From Octopus vulgaris (taxonomy: Eukaryota), in contig OX597824.1 of the NCBI GenBank assembly GCA_951406725.2, forward strand, positions 67,828,001 to 67,892,000: 64,000 nucleotides of DNA, in the 5' to 3' direction. This document shows, in pieces, positions 52,508 to 64,000 of this stretch. The position numbers and the translations under genes were made by a program. A model generated the notes under the pieces. The model worked only from the letters and a program-made list of their open reading frames with translations, did no database searches and was not told where the DNA came from. Each line of letters starts with the position of its first letter. Positions within the stretch are counted from its first letter, which is position 1.

Positions 52508-53775
52508 CAGGGGTTGGACAAAATAATAGAAATATCTTAAAATTTGAAACAAATTTATTTTAATGTGGAGTAGGACCGCCTTTGGCAGTAATTACACCTT
52601 GAATTCTACGAGGTGTGAACTCATACAAAGTTTGAATTGTTTCCAAAGGAATTTTTGTCCATTCTTCAGTTAAAGCAGTATCCAGTTCTTGTAGTGATGA
52701 TGGTAGAGGATATCGACACTTAATTCTAAAATGCACCATAAATATTCAATAATATTGAACTATGTGGACTGTGGAGCCCAGATAAGATGTTCAACTTCAC
52801 TAGAATGTTCTTCGTGCCATTCAGTAACAAATTTAGCCTTGTGAATTGGTGCATTATCATCCTGAAAGATTGCGTTTCCCGCTGGAGACAGTTCCGCAAA
52901 CATAGGATGAATTTGATCACATAAAGTACTTAAATAGTCTTGACTATTAATTCTGCCATGAAGGTAAACCATTGGTCCGGCGCATTTCCAAGATATAGTC
53001 CCCCAGAGCATCACAGATCCTCCTCCATGCTTAATAGTTTTAAGAAGGCAGTCTGGGTCAAATGTTTCTTTTGGCTGTCTCCACACGTATACTCGGCCGC
53101 TGGTCAGAAATAAGGTAATGGATGGCTCGTCCTAGAAAATAACGTTCTTCTACTCCTCTAGAGATCAATTCTGTAGGTTTTTACTCCACTCTAAACGCTT
53201 TGCAACGTTTGTTATTGAAAGTGGTGCTTTTCTGATTGCAACCCTCACGTGAAATCCAGATTTGTGCCGCTCCTGGCGAACAGTTTTTGTGGAAACTGGG
53301 TTCACGAGGTTGTCATTAAGCTCTGCAGTAATTTTGGGAGCTGTACTTTTGCGATCCTTTCTAAAAAACATTCGCTTGTGTCCAATGGTCCCTATCTGAA
53401 AGTTTTGGTTTACTTCCAAATTTTTGTTTCGACGAGGAGGTTTATCCTTTATTTCAAAGTGTGTCATTACTTTTGAGACAGTACTTCTTGATCACCAAAC
53501 ATTTCGGCTGTTTCGTTACGCTAGCTTCTGCCATACGAACATCAATAATTTGACCTATTTGAAAGTCCGATAGATCTGTCATTTTAATGAATTTTAATTA
53601 CCTTTTTCTGATGATATCTGAAAAGAAACAGCAATCTTAGCAAAACATATTAAGTAACGATAATAATAAATAAAAGAAATAATATATACAATAAACAAGC
53701 TTTTGACGGTTTTATAGATATTTCAAAATTATGATGATTTGATGCTAGGTGTTTCCATTATTTTGTCCAACCGTG
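52508..53775 (-). mobile_element. Full-length degenerate Tc1-family transposon
   Basis: TIRs caggggttggacaaaataat / attattttgtccaaccgtg-TA; KHGGGSVMLWG, FQDDNAPIH, WAPQS motifs (ORF 52760-53086). Confidence 0.9.
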
Positions 53776-53838
53776 TATGATACGTAAACTGTCCTAATTA
53801 TAATAAAAGTAGCTCACTTTCTCCTCCATGTTTCACAG

Positions 53839-54047
53839 CCATCACTCCAGAATACAGATGTAATAATCTAACCGAGTTTCAACTCAATCAATACAACATA
53901 TCGATTGATGAAGCCGATCTGATATATGATAAATGCTCTATAGACATCATCATTACCGATGGAGGGCTTACTACCGAGAACAGAACTCTGGACTGTGTGA
54001 ATGGTTATTACTATACCACACCAGTTGATAAGTCTATAGTGTCACAG
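53839..54047 (+). CDS. SLC22-like gene C exon 2
   Basis: tttcacAG|CCATC...TCACAG|GTaggt. 209 nt, same translation as 37442-37650 except Q->R and F->L. Confidence 0.88.
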
Positions 54048-54899
54048 GTAGGTTGAGTTCCATTACTGTATTAAACTGTTGTTAAGAATTAATATGTGTT
54101 CATGTCAGGTTTATGTCATCTCTGCATTGTTTGTAGAAATCTTCTGAACACCGTAACTTTCTAAATTGTAACTCTTAGAATGGACACAAGTATCATAACA
54201 TTTAGTACTTTTGCCTCGTATGTAAATAAATTATGAAGGCAATCATTAATTATTAAATGAGCAAATGAATATATTCATGCAGAAGTATATAACATTTCTA
54301 ATTTAAAGATTTCATACATTTATTTTTCTTAGTGTAATATAATACCATATTTCTTTTCATTGATTCTCCTAGCATTTGGACTGTTTTATTTACAGTAATT
54401 TTCAACTCTGTTATACGTTGAAAAATAATAGTTGACAACATAACAAACACATTGTTGTCAGAAGACGGAACACTATGATCTGCGAGGTGAGAGCTGGACT
54501 ATTGACATTGCCATCAGTTGAAACCTTAGAACTAGAGTAAATGTCAAGGCTGAAAATTGGCTTCAAATTTTGACACAAGGCCAGCAATTTTGGAATCGGG
54601 GTAGGCCGATAACATCGACCTCTGTGTACAACTGGTACTTATTTTATTGACTCTGAAACGATAACAGGCAGAGTCGACGGCGGCGAATTTGAACTGAGAA
54701 CGTAAAGACGGAAAAAAGCCGCTAAGAATTTTGTCCCTCGTGGGAACAATTCTGCCAGCTCACCGACTTAAATTGCCTGAAAATTTACCGCTTCTATTCC
54801 ACTTCTTTTAAGGTATACACAAACGGAAGATAGGAATTTTTTGCGAGGTAACGAAATATGGTGTTTTTTTTTTATTCACGGAAAATATGTATATAAACA

Positions 54900-55200
54900 A
54901 GGTGGTATAAAAAAATTTCGCGGACTAGTCATGTTTAATAAAAAGTAACTTATTTACCTAAGTTTTAACATCATCTCCTTCGAAATAGTCATCTTGCGCA
55001 GCAATAAACAGGTCCCAGCTTTCCTACCACTTTTGGAATCCGGCCTGCGGTTCCTTCTTGATGTCGGCAACGGCGTTAAAACAGTAACCTTTGAGCTACA
55101 TTTTCCTCTTAGGGAAGAGATGGAAATCCGCAGGAGCTAAATTTGGTGAATAGCGCGGGTAGGGAAGTGATAGCATGTTGTTTTTGGCAAGAAACGCACG
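54900..55200 (-). mobile_element. mariner-like 3' remnant
   Basis: Minus strand reads ...DLAPADFHLFPK...LKGYCF... and ...AQDDYFEGD, typical of a mariner C-terminus. Confidence 0.6.
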
Positions 55201-55417
55201 ACTGTATTATAAACTGTTAAAGAAGTGTGTTAACAACATGAATGCGAACATTTGTTGTTCTTTCCCAGCATTACATAACGTATCAGACTTACCTGGAGAA
55301 ATTGTCTCCCTTAGAAATTTTCTATGATGTCATGAAAAGAACAAACAGGCAAAATTTAAACTCTACACCTTAATCAAGTAATTTATCATTGTCTATAAAT
55401 TATGTTTATTTTTACAG

Positions 55418-55648
55418 TGGGACCTGGTCTGCAACAATTTAGGATTGGCTGAATCAACGCAAACGGTTTATGCTTTGGGTCAAGTGGTCAGTGGTCTGTT
55501 AGCACCATATTTAGTAGAAAAATACGGACGAAAACCTACGAGAGTGACAAGTAATATTTTGCTGGTAGTCTTGAACTTAATCGCAGCATATTCTCAGTTT
55601 TATTGGTGGTTTACAACAATCAGATTTTTCGCTGGAATAGTTCGTGAG
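55418..55648 (+). CDS. SLC22-like gene C exon 3 (gene continues beyond window)
   Basis: tttacAG|TGGGAC...CGTGAG|GTaata. Translates WDLVCNNLGLAESTQTVYALGQVVSGLLAPYLVEKYGRKP...IRFFAGIVRE (WDLVC signature, MFS motif A). Phase 0 out matches the exon 4 type at 3368. Confidence 0.92.
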
Positions 55649-56113
55649 GTAATACTATTAAACACTGTCCTTACTCAAATATACAAATACACAAAAACAC
55701 AAAACTACACGCTAACTGCCCCCTATATATAGGACAAAAAATACATACAAATCAGTTAGTTTGACACCCCCACCCCTCTCTCACTCTTTCTTTCTCTCTC
55801 TCTGTCACGATATGTATATATATAAAACTGAGAATGTGCGTGTGTTTGTTTGTCTGTGTGCATCACTAAAACTTGAGAACTACCCAAAGATTTCATTCAT
55901 GGACCAAAATACACATGCATACATACCAATCATTCATGGACCAAAATAACTTTCAAATACTTTCCTAATGCGAGACCGGAGCAATCTCTCATCTCCCAAG
56001 CGGTTTCAATATTACGTGTCAAAAGTGAAACAATAACATATCTATTGTAACGTGAGATAATAGTTTCAGTTTTAATAGTTTCATTATTATATGGAGCCAA
56101 TTTCAATTACTAA

Positions 56114-56177
<64 letters not shown>

Positions 56178-56179
<2 letters not shown>

Positions 56180-56490
56180 AGAGCGTCGAGCTTACGATCG
56201 TGAGGTTGTGAGCTCGAATCCCGGACCGGGCTGCGTGTTGTGTTCTTGAGCAAGACACTTTACTTCACGTTGCTCCAGTTCACTCAGCTGTAGAAATGAG
56301 TTGCGACGTCACAGGCGCCAAGCTGTATCGGTCATTGCCTTTCCCTTGGATAACACTGGTGGCGTGGAGAGGGGAGGCCGGTATGCATGGGCGACTGCTG
56401 GTCTTCCATAAACCACCTTGCCCAGACTTGTGACTAGGAGGGTAACTTTCTAGGTGCAATCCCATGGTCAGTGTCGTGACCGAAGGGGGA
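56178..56490 (+). mobile_element. tRNA-derived SINE (family 3)
   Basis: ttagagcgtcgagc...gagctcgaatcccggacc...ttgctccagttcactcagctgtagaaatgag. Inverted copy 59295-59615; another copy 40235-40500. Confidence 0.8.
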
Positions 56491-56613
56491 GGGATTCCCG
56501 GATGTATATATATATATATATATGCATATATATATAGATAGATAAGTATATACATATATTTATATATGTATGCGTATGTTTGTATATATATATATATATA
56601 TATATATACATAC

Positions 56614-56667
<54 letters not shown>

Positions 56668-57056
56668 CCATATATATATATGTATATGTACATTTTTTCT
56701 CTAGTTTCAGCTCAGAGCTACGGCCATGCTGATGCACCGCCGTTTTGTCCTACACTGTTATTACGAAGAACCTCGTCTAATATGTGGCACTTGGTGAAGA
56801 ATGGGGTTTGATATAGCTACTCTCATATGTATATATATATGTATATATTTATGTATGTATATTTATGTGTGTATTTTTATGTATCTTTATGTGCGCAGGA
56901 GTGCCTGCGTGGTAAGTAGCTTGCTTACCAGCCACATGGTTCCGGGTTCAGTCCCACTGCGTGGCACCTCGTGCAAGTGTCTTCTTCTATAGATTCGGGC
57001 CGACCAAAGCCTTACGAATGGATTTGGTGAAAGGAAAATGAAAGAAGTCTGTCGTA

Positions 57057-57108
<52 letters not shown>

Positions 57109-57111
57109 TAT

Positions 57112-57223
<112 letters not shown>

Positions 57224-57463
57224 GGATGTCTATGTATATATATATACGTCTATATGTATATATGTATATATAGATATATATTTCTATATATTTATAAGAA
57301 TATATATATATATATGTATGTATGTATTTATGTATGTATGTATATATTTATATATATATGTATGTATATATATATGTATATATATGTATGTATTTGTATA
57401 TATATATATGTGCGTGTGTGTGTATGTGTGTGTGTCTGTGAGTGTGTGTGTGTCTATGTGTAT

Positions 57464-57494
<31 letters not shown>

Positions 57495-57944
57495 GGCGGG
57501 GGCTTGGCTGTGTGCTAAGAATCCTGGTGGCCAACCTGATGGCTTCGGGTTCAGTCCCACTGCGTGGCATCTTAGGGAAGTGTCTTCTTCTATGGCCTCG
57601 AACCGACCCAAGCCATATCAGTGGATATAGTTGACGGAAACTGAAAGAGGCTTGTCCTGTATATATATCCTTAATTTGGCGTTTCGGTCAAAGATATCGA
57701 TAGAACAAGTTCAGTGGTAGGTCTCCCCAACAAAAAGGTTGTGCTCCAGCATGGGCACACTCAAATGATTGAAACAAGTACCAGAATATAAGAGTAATAT
57801 ATATATAATTAGTAATATAGTAATATGGTACTATATATATATATATACACACATACACCTAGGTATACATATATATGTATATATATACATATATATATAT
57901 ATACATATATATATATGTACATATATATATACATATATATATGC

Positions 57945-57994
<50 letters not shown>

Positions 57995-58001
<7 letters not shown>

Positions 58002-58364
58002 TCGCCATACTAATATGGCATTCTTATAAAAATAAGAAAAAAGCTGTCCGCTTATTAGCTCCATGAGGCCATCGCCTTAAGTTAGCTATTTGATACACAA
58101 ACTGTATCCATATAACCTTCGAACAAGGGAGGTCAGTCGCTCCACACTACTTGACCAGCAGCTACAGACGCGTTTCGGGGTATTGCCCCTTTTCAATGCA
58201 GCCGGTCAAGTAATGTGGAGCGACTGACCTCCCTTGTTCGAAGGTTATATGGATACAGTTTGTGTATCAAATAGCTAACTTAAGGCGATGGCCTCATGGA
58301 GCTAATAAGCGGACAGCTTTTTTCTTATTTTTATAAGAATGCCATATAATATGGCGATAACTAT
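57995..58364. repeat. Near-perfect hairpin (~165-bp arms) with a hammerhead at the apex
   Basis: 57995-58156 is the reverse complement of 58204-58364; flanked by (TA)n. Confidence 0.92.
58161..58202 (-). ncRNA. Type I hammerhead ribozyme, U3:A8 variant
   Basis: Minus strand GCTGCA-TTGAAAA-GGGG-caata-CCCC-GAAA-CGCG-TC-TGTAGC. Confidence 0.75.
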
Positions 58365-58424
58365 TATTTTCCGGGAACGCTGCCGCTGTTCTCTTTTAGA
58401 GAGACTTAGTTATTTTAATATTTC

Positions 58425-58497
<73 letters not shown>

Positions 58498-58533
58498 GTT
58501 GAGTTGGTGTGTGAAAGAACGTGGTAGAATATA

Positions 58534-59255
58534 TAGAAAATAGTAAAAAGTGAAAAAACTACAGAAGGCTTGTTTTAAAAGATTAAAAAATATATTTGAG
58601 TCATTATATCAGAAGAATGTTATAAAATATTTTCATATAGTGACATAGATTTTGAAGAAATTACCGGTTTCGTGTTAACTTTTCAAATTTCTCAAAACAT
58701 CGTGTTATGACTTCGTTATGAAGTGTAAAGTAGAGTTCCAGGTAAGGGGAGGTAATAAGTGATTTCTTCCGGTGTAAGGGAGATAATCGCCTTATATTTC
58801 TTGCTTCTTTTACTTAATGGGGTGAGTTTCTCTGTATAAGAATGTTAGAGTGGTTAAGTTTGGGCTTATATTTTTCAATGTGCTATTGGAACACCAACAC
58901 AAATTAGACTAAACAAGGAAACATTCTTCATCAAACTTAACCACTCTAACATTCTTATACAGAGAAACTCACCCCATTAAGTAAAAGAGGCAAGAAATAT
59001 AAAGCGATTATCTCCCTTACACCGGAAGAAATCACTTATTACCTCCCTTTACCTGGAACTCTACTTTACACTTCATAACGAAGTCATAACACGATGTTTT
59101 GAGAAATTTGAAAAGTTAACACGAAACCGGTAATTTCTTCAAAAACTATGTCACTGTATGAAAATATTTTATAACATTCTTCTGACATAATGACTCAAAT
59201 ATATTTTTTTACCTTTTAAAACAAGCCTTCTGTAGTTTTTCACTTTTTACTATTT

Positions 59256-59258
<3 letters not shown>
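58534..59258. mobile_element. Penelope-derived foldback (~325-bp arms), hammerhead in each arm
   Basis: 58534-58862 is the reverse complement of 58932-59258. The spacer encodes PLE endonuclease C-terminal remnants (IRLNKETFFI on plus, IEKYKPKLN on minus). Hammerhead GAGAAAT-TTGAAAA-GTtaacAC-GAAA-CCGG-TA-ATTTCTT at 59101-59139. Confidence 0.85.
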
Positions 59259-59291
<33 letters not shown>

Positions 59292-59611
59292 AAAGGTAAA
59301 GACCCCCTTCGGTCATGAATGACCATGGGATTGCACCTAGAAAGTTATCCTCCTAGACACAAGTCTGGGCAAGGTTGTTTATGGAAGGCCAGCAGTCGCC
59401 CATGCATACCAGCCTCCCCTCTCCACGCCACCCGTGTTATCCAAGGGAAAGACAAAGGTCGATACAGCTTGGCACCAGTGACGTCGCAGCTCATTTCTAC
59501 AGCTGAGTGAACTGGAGCAACGTGAAATAAAGTGCCTTGCTCGAGAACACAACACGCAGCCCGGTCCGGGATTCGAGCTCACAACCGTAATCTCGACGCT
59601 CTAACCACTGA

Positions 59612-59712
<101 letters not shown>

Positions 59713-60030
59713 CCTCAGGGCGACCAAAGCTTTTTGAGTAGATTTCGTACACAGAAACTGAAAGGAGACTCTCATATATATGTCTATATTTGCATTTGTC
59801 TCTGTTTTCTTCCCTGCATTGCATAACAACCGATTTTGCTGTGTTTACGTTACTATAATCTAGAGTTTCGACGAAAGACACCGATAGAATAAGTCCTAGG
59901 CTTACAAAGAATGAAGCCTGTGGTCGATTTGTTCCACCGTATGTGGTGCTTCAGCTTGGTCGCATTTAGATGACTGAAACAAGTAAAGGAATACCATTTT
60001 AATACTGTGCGAGGCCGGGTGTCTCAGCTA

Positions 60031-60134
<104 letters not shown>

Positions 60135-60147
60135 ATATGTATATATA

Positions 60148-60207
<60 letters not shown>

Positions 60208-60235
60208 AAGGGTGAAAAGGAACACACGAGTTGAT

Positions 60236-60498
60236 ATATATGAAAAAACAAATCAAAATAGAAAATGGTAAAATAATTTTATAAAGAACATTTCAGTACC
60301 GGTTTCGGTCATTTTGAGACCTTTTCAACTGTAACGATTAAATAATTAAATTTAGAAAAATTAGGAGAAAAGTTTTCTTCTAATTTTTCTAAATTTAATT
60401 ATTTAATCGTTACAGTTGAAAAGGTCTCAAAATGACCGAAACCGGTACTGAAATGTTCTTTATAAAATTATTTTAGCATTTTCTATTTTGACTTGTTT

Positions 60499-60508
<10 letters not shown>
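60236..60508. mobile_element. Spacer-less foldback (~135-bp arms), hammerhead in each arm
   Basis: Palindrome centred ~60371 between (TA)n tracts. CAG-TTGAAAA-GGTC-tcaaaat-GACC-GAAA-CCGG-TA-CTG at 60413-60450; mirror ~60293-60330. Confidence 0.88.
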
Positions 60509-60596
<88 letters not shown>

Positions 60597-60605
60597 ATAT
60601 GTATG

Positions 60606-60664
<59 letters not shown>

Positions 60665-60694
60665 AAATATATATATATATGTATTATATATAAA

Positions 60695-61220
60695 ATCCGT
60701 TGTATATATAACCTTTCTATGTCAGATTTTGGGTGGCATGTTTTTCTGTTTATTTTGATTAGTTCACTTAGAGTCCAGTTAAGAATATTGTAGCTGTAAC
60801 TTATAACTGGGACGGCTAGAGTGCTGATACCTATTATCTTGTTTTTTTTGCATTGAGCTCTGTTTTCAGCATTAATCTAACTCATTAAGATAAAAAATAA
60901 CATTCTTTTCTTGTTGCCGTAACAGTTGTATCCACATCCAGTTCTGTTTAGCATGTCAGATAAAGGTGTCAGTGCCAAGAAGAAAAGGAGTGGAGAGAGT
61001 GTGTTTCCTTGTAATATTCCCCTTCTAATGGAGATGGCTTTAGTTTTTATGAGTCCCTCTTTTGTCTGGAGCTGTCGCACTGTCTGCTATTTATTCATGG
61101 AATGTTTAATATATTTTATGGTTATTGGTGCTACCTTATTTATGGCTAGTATTTCTAGGATCGATGTGTGGGGAATACTATCAAAAGCCTTTCTATAATG
61201 GATCCAGGCCATACTTCGAA
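60695..61220 (-). mobile_element. R4/Dong-type LINE RT fragment
   Basis: IRRGILQGNTLSPLLFFLALTPLSDMLN and AWIHYRKAFDSIPH; closely matches 1370-2205. Confidence 0.8.
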
Positions 61221-61461
61221 CCATCACCATCATCACCACCATCACCACTATCACCATCATCACCACCATCACCACCATCACCATCATCATCATCATCATT
61301 ATTATTATTATTATTATTACTATTATTATTATTACTATTGTTATTACTATTATTATTACTATTATTATTATTACTATTATTATTACTATTATTATTATTG
61401 TCATTACTATTATTATTATTATTATTATTACTATTATTATTATTACTATTATTATTATTAC

Positions 61462-61497
<36 letters not shown>

Positions 61498-61545
61498 TAT
61501 TATTATTACTATTATTATTATTGATATTATTATTATTATTATTGA

Positions 61546-61587
<42 letters not shown>

Positions 61588-61588
<1 letters not shown>

Positions 61589-62126
61589 GAGTGAGAGAGC
61601 AGTGCATGCCATCAAAGTGACAATGGGGTAAAATATACGAAGCCCAATATACCCCTCATGACTACCCGTCTGATAAGGGTACACCAGGCACATGCATCAC
61701 AACCATATGTGCGCGACATGGTGATCTCATATCAAGATAAACAGCACATGACCTTGCAGGTGGGGCCCAGTTAGAATTTTCTTCAGGTTGAGTAGCCCAT
61801 CCCGCTCAAAAGGTCCCTGAATAAGGGTTGTTTAAGGATGTTGAAAGAACCACCCATGTTTCCAGAGGTGAATTATTCAAACCCCAAAGAATCCCTCTCA
61901 ACACATGGCTATGATGCTCGTGATCAGAGATGCACATATCGTCAGCCACTAAGGGACATGGTCAACTGGTTAAGGTCAAACAACTGACAAGCAAATCTGT
62001 GGTATTGAGCAGAATATTTGCTGTAGCCCATCTTTTTATACCAAGACAAAACAATGTACATGATAACACTTCCAATCAGTTAAGATCAGAAGGCATGAGA
62101 GCCACTGCCTGGTATTGCATCAGGGC

Positions 62127-62130
<4 letters not shown>
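61588..62130 (-). mobile_element. (TAA)n-flanked non-coding retroposon (longer copy of 4080-4402)
   Basis: 61588-61910 is the reverse complement of 4080-4402; TTA arrays on both sides. Confidence 0.7.
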
Positions 62131-62168
<38 letters not shown>

Positions 62169-62174
62169 CATCAT

Positions 62175-64000
62175 CATCATTCAGTAGTTTTTTTATTTAT
62201 AACGTGCTTTCACTTCACTACCGAGCGCAGCTCTGTGTGCCTTGGGTTTGTGCTGTGATTTGTTGTGATACTCTGATGGTTACTGTATGGAAAGTGTTCT
62301 GCGTTGGATGTGTGCAGTGCTTAGTAGTGCAATTTTGTGTATGTTATATGTGTTTGTAAGTCCTGGTGTTTTTGTTATGTATTTGTCTGAATATTTTTTC
62401 TCATGCCTAATGCACTTACTATGATAGGAATTATTTCTGTTTTTAGATTCCACATTCTACTTACCTCTATTTCGAGGTCTTTGTACTTTGAAAGTTTCTC
62501 CATACATCAATTAGAAAGCATTTTTTTCTTCATGATCTCTGACAACTATATCTGGTCTGTTGGCCTTAATTTTTCTATCTGTGTGTATTGGCATATCCCA
62601 GAGTATGGTTGCTTTCTCGTTTTCTGTGACCTTTTCTGGTGTGTGCCTATACCATCTTTTTTCTGTTGTTATTCCATTATGTTGGCATAGCTTCCAGTGT
62701 ATGTAGGTCCCAACTCTGTCGTGACTGTGAATATATTCCTTCTTAGCAAAGACTGGGCAGCCAGAGAAAATATGATTTATTGTTTCTTATTACTTGTTAT
62801 TGTTTCTTGTTACTTGTTATATTTCTTTTCGTTACATGTTTTTGGTAATTTCTGGTGGGGAGGCTTTAGTCTTGTGCTGCAATTAAAAATCTCTCTGTCT
62901 CTGCTTTGAGTTCTGAGCATCTCAACCACTGCTGGGATTTTTCTTTGTCTATTTCTTTTGCATTTAGTTTAGTCCAGTACTTGCCATGAAGGGGTTTTCT
63001 TGCCATCGTTTTATCATGGTCCGTTGCTGTTCTAGTTTTAGTTTTGATTTCATTTGCTTTATAGCTTTTGTTGTGTTTCTTCTTCTTCTTCTTCTTCTTC
63101 TTCTTCTTCTTCTTCTTCTTCTTCTTCTTCTTCTTCTTCTTCTTCTTCATATTTGTTAGGTGGTATGATTTCTTGTTTGTATTTGTCAGTTTCGTTAAAC
63201 ACTGAGAACAATTTTTTGTTTTGTCGCTATTTGTATCAGTTTTCCTTGCTTCTGAAGTAGGTATATTTGAAGTCCTATGGTGGTTATTTTATAGTAGTTT
63301 TCCAGCTTTATAAGGCGTCTACCACCTTCTATACGCTGTATATATAGCCTTTCTATGTCAGATTTGGGGTGATGCATCCTAGATCCTGTCATTATTTTTC
63401 TTGTTTTCCTATCTATTTTGGTTAGTTCATTTAGCGTCCAGTTAAGGATATTGTAGCTGTAGCTTATAACTGGGACGGCTAAAGTGTTAATACCTATTAT
63501 CTTGTTTTTAGCATTGAGCTCTATTTTTAGTATTGATCTAACTCGTCTATAGTATTATTTCTTTATTTTCTCTTTCATTTGTGTGTGTTGTGTCTTATCT
63601 AGTTCATGGATTCCTAAATATTTGTGAGTTTGGCTTTGGTCTAATTCTCTTATTTCATTGGCTTTTTCTAGTGTGATGTTGCTACTCTTAACTAGTTTTT
63701 TTCTTTTCAGGATTACTTTGGCGCATTTTTCTAATCCAAATTTCATAACTATTTCTTTGGTGAATCCATGAACTGTCTTTAGTAATGTTTCCAGCTGTTT
63801 GTCATTTGTAGCGTATAGTTTTAGGTCATCCATATATAAAAGGTAGCTGATCGTTTTGCTGTAACATTTATATCCGCATCCAGTTCTATTTAGCATATCA
63901 GATAGAGGTGGCAGTGCCAAGCGGAAAAGGAGTGGAGAGAGCGTGTCTCCCTGGAATATTCATCTTCTAATGGGGATGGCTTTAGTTTTCATGAGTCCCT
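62175..64000 (-). mobile_element. R4/Dong-type LINE, degenerate, runs off window
   Basis: [55 protein letters not shown]. 3' UTR matches 6875-6972 and ends at (TTA)n. Confidence 0.88.

Overview
AT-rich, microsatellite-dense animal genomic DNA. The repeat landscape suggests a mollusc, probably an octopod cephalopod (inference). Most of the ORF track is simple-repeat noise. Reading splice sites by hand shows a tandem cluster of intron-rich SLC22-like (organic cation/anion, MFS) transporter genes on the + strand. It comprises the 3' seven exons of gene A (3368-24041), a decayed exon-4 copy (24937-25140), an orphan exon1+exon2 module B (31975-37650), an intron-1 remnant of another paralogue (~38360-42400) and exons 1-3 of gene C (43096-55648, continuing off the window). 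Introns and spacers hold R4/Dong-type RLE LINEs in (TAA)n, RTE and CR1 fragments, tRNA-derived SINEs, Helitrons, Tc1/mariner copies, MITEs, a tRNA-Gly pseudogene and a near-complete Penelope-like element (44690-49873) in (TA)n. The most striking unannotated signal is a set of type-I hammerhead ribozyme motifs. They lie in the Penelope pseudo-LTRs and in several unrelated foldback mini-elements inserted in (TA)n. Five different sequence contexts share the compensatory non-canonical core UUGANAA (U3:A8 in place of C3:G8), and one ribozyme sits at the apex of a ~165-bp hairpin. All coordinates were read by eye and may be off by a few bases for repeats.
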